From Blepharisma stoltei ATCC 30299 (taxonomy: Eukaryota > Protista > Ciliophora): DNA of 64,000 nucleotides. Under the pieces are notes generated by a model, which made no database searches, was not told the origin of the DNA, and saw nothing but the letters and a program-made list of their open reading frames with translations. Of the stretch, positions 61,552 to 64,000 are shown one piece after another; position 1 is the first letter of the stretch, and every line of letters starts with the position of its first letter. A program made the translations under genes and the position numbers. The stretch covers positions 434,001 through 498,000 of the forward strand of contig CBFDEM010000060.1 of the NCBI GenBank assembly GCA_965603825.1, given 5' to 3'.

Positions 61552-61710
61552 CTATCAATATGAAAATTTTCAGCATGTTAGGTTGTGAGAGAGCATTAAC
61601 TCATAAAAATATTAAAATTAAGTTGGAAAATTAATTTTATTTCGCAATAATTGCATTAACAAATGCTGATATTTCTGAAAATAGCTTAATTCTAATAATC
61701 AATTTCAATT

Positions 61711-62136
61711 ATGTCTCTGAGCATAAAAGAAGATCTTCAACAGTACGGAATCACAGGATTAAATCTTGTCAAAGGTGCTGGAGTATTTATAGCTCTTAAC
61801 GCTTCTTATACTCTTTTGCTCTTTGGTGCTTGCTACTATTTCAGATCAGCTGCAGCCATATCAAGGATTCTTCGCACCAATAAAATCAGTGAACTAATGA
61901 AAGCAAAAAACTATGATGGAAATTGGTGAAAGCAAAGCGTGTTTGGAAAGCTAGCAAACCAAGAGAGAGGTCAAAAGCTGGGGATTGCTTTTGGAGAAAT
62001 GGTAGGCACTCATATGCTACTTGAACCTGCAATGCTCCCTGTAAGACTATTGATGACAGTAGGGATTGTTAGCTATTGGAATAGATGCTCTAGAAAAGCA
62101 ATTTCAGAAGCAGGAAGAAGGCCTAGAAAGGTTTAA
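61711..62136 (+). CDS. DUF1279/FAM210-like membrane protein, copy 2
   Basis: Two ORFs join through TGA; highly similar to copy 1. Confidence 0.75.
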
Positions 62137-62479
62137 ACGAAATAATGGCTTATTTTAAGCATAAAGGTTTAAAGTTAGTTAATTAGCACATGATAATTCA
62201 AGATAGAAATAAGCATATTTAAATAATTTTGTTTAAGCAGTTTAGCATGTAATCAGCTATTATGAAAATTTATATAGACAGGTGCTCAAATACTTATCTT
62301 TATGCATTTATATTTAGTTTAAAATATAAAATAATAATTACAAAATCTAAAATAATCCAGCTTGGCTTTAGACAATTAAATATTACTGCCAAATTCAAAA
62401 ATAACTAAAAAATATTAATCAACTATCACTGCAAATTGAAAAATTTATCTTTAACTAAAATGAAATAGGCATTTTGGAA

Positions 62480-62965
62480 ATGGCACTTAGTGAAAAGCTT
62501 CAGGAGTATGGTGTGACAGAAAGTAATATCGTTAAAGCATTAGCTGCATATGTTTTTGTTGGCTATAGCTATACTTGATTTATGTTCGGATTTTGCTATT
62601 ATTTTAAACCAATCCAAAAATTATCAAGAATTTTTAATACCAACAAGATCTATATAATGATGGAAAAGTCTTGCCTTAATGAAAACACAATAAAGGAGAC
62701 TTCTTATTACTATCATATCAAAAATAACCCCAAAAAGCTAGAATTAAGCATGGCTTTTGCAGATCAAATTGCATTAAAATCATTAATTTTCCCCGTGACA
62801 ATACCTTTAAGGCTATGACTAACCATAAAAATTGTGAAATTTTGGAACAAAATCACAAAGCCCACTACAGAAGCTTCCAATAATCTAAAAGAAGAGTTAA
62901 AAACTGAGGAATCTATGCCTATCGGAGAAGTATTCACGAAAGAGCAAGAATTTAAATCTGAATAA
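62480..62965 (+). CDS. DUF1279/FAM210-like membrane protein, copy 3 (older paralog)
   Basis: MALSEKLQEYGVT..CYYFKP..SRIFNTNKI..AFADQIALKSLIFPVTIPLRL-W-LT. Confidence 0.75.
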
Positions 62966-63008
62966 TAAAGCCATTGTTTTTAAGATCCTTATGAGTCGAA
63001 ATTTATTA

Positions 63009-64000
63009 TTAATCTTCTCTTTCCATATCTAAATCTTTTTTCTTTTGGAGACTGTCATTTGAGTATCGGGGGTTCGGGGTATTATAAAATGGAGTTTCTG
63101 TATAATTTGAAATTGTCGGGGACACCGCACTCACTTTTTCTTTAAGCATCGTTACAACTCTTTCTGCTGAGTGTCGAAGATATTCTTTTGAATTTTGGTT
63201 TTCCATATTGCTAATTGAAGGAATTAAAGAGAAATCAGGCCCGTAGTATCCTAAGTACTCATCCCAGTCTGGCAGCTTAAAATCCAGCTCACGCCCACAT
63301 ACAATTCCAGTTTCATATGCCCAGCATCTTGACACATTTCTTAGTGTGTATCCTCCTCCACCTATCAGTAAAACTGGCTTTCCAAAACTTTTTACATACT
63401 CGACACAAGCACCATGCCCTTTAATTGACAAATTAAAGCAGCCAAGCCTATCCCCTGACAAGCTATCAGCTCCAGACTGCAAAATAATGACTTCAGGGTC
63501 ATAAGTTTCCATAATTGTTGCAATGACAGGCTTGAATATCATTATATAGCTATCATCATCCATCCCTTCACTCAGTGGGACATTTACACTATACCCATCT
63601 CCAATCCCATGCCCAGTGTCATTAAAATTCCCAGTATCAGGAAAATAGTTCCCAAACTTATGGAAAGAACACGTCATGACTCTATTTGTGGTATAAAAAG
63701 CTTCCTCAACGCCATCACCATGATGAATGTCAATATCAATATAAAGCACTCTATAATGATTTTTCAACAGCTCTAAAGAACTTAATACACAGTCATTTAT
63801 ATAACAAAACCCGCTTGCTTCCTGCTGCTTTGCATGGTGGAAACCACCTGACCAATTAACTGCAATGTGATTTCTTCCTTCATTGATAGCGTTGGCGCCG
63901 ATTATGCTACCTGAGGTTGTAAGCTTGCAGAAATCCCATAAACCTTCAAAAATAGGGCAGTCTTCACCCATGTTAAAGCCAATAAAAAGGTCTAAATAGT
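63009..64000 (-). CDS. Class I histone deacetylase (RPD3/HDAC1-like), 5' part outside window
   Basis: [59 protein letters not shown]. Confidence 0.95.
   Translation of the reverse strand, partial: YLDLFIGFNMGEDCPIFEGLWDFCKLTTSGSIIGANAINEGRNHIAVNWSGGFHHAKQQEASGFCYINDCVLSSLELLKNHYRVLYIDIDIHHGDGVEEAFYTTNRVMTCSFHKFGNYFPDTGNFNDTGHGIGDGYSVNVPLSEGMDDDSYIMIFKPVIATIMETYDPEVIILQSGADSLSGDRLGCFNLSIKGHGACVEYVKSFGKPVLLIGGGGYTLRNVSRCWAYETGIVCGRELDFKLPDWDEYLGYYGPDFSLIPSISNMENQNSKEYLRHSAERVVTMLKEKVSAVSPTISNYTETPFYNTPNPRYSNDSLQKKKDLDMERED

Larger units (their letters stand above)
60626..62225. repeat. Tandem duplication of a ~830-bp unit (about 60626-61445 and 61458-62225)
   Basis: The unit repeats the 5' end of TGT, the intergenic spacer, a DUF1279-like gene and its 3' flank. 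Confidence 0.88.

Noticed and set aside
1-64000. Mycoplasma or mitochondrial origin suggested by TGA=Trp and low GC
   Set aside because: The gene content is nuclear eukaryotic (MCM5, H2A, Rab7, SF3B5) and spliceosomal introns are present.

Overview
This is gene-dense, AT-rich eukaryotic DNA with the hallmarks of a heterotrich ciliate macronuclear chromosome, most likely Blepharisma-like (inference). TGA is a sense codon for Trp, TAA/TAG are the stops, introns are 15-16 nt (GT..A..AG), and many intergenic spacers are only 6-60 nt. The standard-code ORF track therefore fragments or misses many genes. Re-read with TGA=W and 17 micro-introns removed, the window holds about 40 genes. They include UBE2W, an RJL GTPase, a vacuolar sorting receptor, a SNF1/AMPK-family kinase, SF3B5, importin alpha, GH13 amylase, ERH, MCM5, a dynein light chain, an amidase, Ku80, a RAP-domain protein, WASHC3, RPS25, Rab7, ABHD17, a ~2300-aa EF-hand/WD40 protein, a divergent H2A, a VDAC-like porin, BABAM1, an Sfi1-repeat protein, FYVE, LITAF, a Kelch/EGF surface protein, Nudix, EPL1, a degenerate histidine kinase, a Myb-GH1 protein, TGT, three DUF1279-like paralogs and a class I HDAC. 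The most unusual region is about 20-26.5 kb. It holds a 3.4-kb MPN + HEXXH gene broken by three same-sign frame changes, a decayed membrane-protein gene, and an amidase pseudogene with microhomology/TA-associated deletions. I saw no rRNA, tRNA, CRISPR, transposase or telomeric repeat. All family calls come from motif recognition by eye, not database searches.
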